Source: Terriglobia bacterium (GTDB lineage Bacteria > Acidobacteriota > Terriglobia > JAJPHL01 > JAPKYU01). Taken from it: a DNA stretch of 64,000 bases. This document shows positions 63,298 to 64,000 of this stretch, piece after piece. Both the position numbers and the translations under genes were made by a program. How positions within the stretch are numbered: the first letter of the stretch is position 1; each line of letters opens with the position of its first letter. The stretch spans positions 1,984,001 to 2,048,000 of the forward strand of contig CBDBKE010000004.1 in assembly GCA_965206645.1 (NCBI GenBank). Reading direction: 5' to 3'. The notes beneath the pieces were generated by a model. It saw only the letters and a program-made list of their open reading frames with translations, made no database searches and had not been told where the DNA came from.

Positions 63298-63516
63298 ATG
63301 AGCCTTGACGGAGAAGCGCCAGATGCCCCGATCACGGTGAAGGCCGCCGCCCGTTTCCTGGGCGTCAGCCCCTCGCTGGTGTATGCTTACGTCGAGCGAA
63401 AGCAGATTCCCCATTACCGCATGATGGGCCGCTCGATCCGCTTCCGACGGTCGGAGTTAGCCGGGTGGCGCCAGCAATTTCATGTGAATGGAGGAATCGA
63501 TGAACAAGACAGGTAG
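63298..63516 (+). CDS. Excisionase-like HTH protein
   Basis: ITVKAAARFLGVSPSLVY...IPHYR...IRFRRSEL. Confidence 0.85.
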   Translation: MSLDGEAPDAPITVKAAARFLGVSPSLVYAYVERKQIPHYRMMGRSIRFRRSELAGWRQQFHVNGGIDEQDR

Positions 63517-64000
63517 ACCGAGAAATACCGCTGGTAGCCTGTACCTCCGGCGCAATTCACGCGTCTGGTGGATGAGCTATCGAGAGCAGAACGGGAGGTG
63601 GAGACAGCCCTCGACAGGGCAGAGAGAAAAAGGGGAAGCCGAGAAGGTGATGCGCAAACGGTTGGTGGCCCGCGATGAGGGGTTGCTGCCGAGCGCCGCG
63701 CCGGGCGGGGAGATCAGGTTCAACGAGTGGGCGGACTGGTTCCTTGAGAACCGATCCAAACCACCCTTCCGGAGCGAGAAGACTCACTTGCAGAACCTCG
63801 GCGCGTTGAAGTTCCTGAGGCCCCGGTTCGGCAAGAACAGACTATCGGACATCACACCGGAAGATATCGAATCGTACCTGATGACCAGATTGAATACAGG
63901 CAAGCGGGTGCATACCAAGTTGGGGCTGCAACTTCGCGGCAGGCTCAAACCTGCCACCGTGCATCAGGAGTTTCGCGTCCTGAGACGCATCCTGAACGTG
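63500..64000 (+). CDS. Tyrosine integrase, N-terminal part; runs off the window
   Basis: Manual translation from ATG 63500 (GGAGG RBS): GSLYLRRNSRVWWMSY...RLSDITPEDIESY...KPATVHQEFRVLRRILN. Confidence 0.85.
   Translation, partial: MNKTGRPRNTAGSLYLRRNSRVWWMSYREQNGRWRQPSTGQREKGEAEKVMRKRLVARDEGLLPSAAPGGEIRFNEWADWFLENRSKPPFRSEKTHLQNLGALKFLRPRFGKNRLSDITPEDIESYLMTRLNTGKRVHTKLGLQLRGRLKPATVHQEFRVLRRILNV

Overview
A GC-rich bacterial accessory region heavily fragmented by insertion sequences. The gene repertoire (NHL-repeat and Kelch proteins, many TA modules, IS expansion) suggests a host-associated bacterium, possibly an Acidobacteria-like sponge symbiont; this is inference. Roughly a third of the window is IS DNA: six copies of one 1250-bp IS3-family element plus two other IS3 types, three full and three partial IS5/IS903-type copies, IS1380 pieces, IS6, IS256, IS1182, two IS481-like copies, and five copies of a 131-bp IS6-derived MITE. 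Between them lie a type I-E CRISPR-Cas locus reduced to a cas3 stub, a cas1 3' half, cas2 and 2 spacers; four intact-looking TA pairs plus TA fragments; defence-type genes (KAP NTPase, AbiJ-like, frameshifted PD-(D/E)XK protein, ImmA/IrrE peptidase, Fic); an OPT transporter; a metal-uptake block (Fur-ferritin fusion, TonB receptor with Fur-box promoter, DUF4198-Kelch); and an integrative element end (VirB11-like ATPase, excisionase, integrase). The most novel signal is a three-gene secreted-protein cluster at 17.1-23.8 kb. Two unrelated proteins there share an identical 14-aa near-C-terminal peptide, GERAPLLEEIRGLL, whose coding DNA differs only at synonymous sites.
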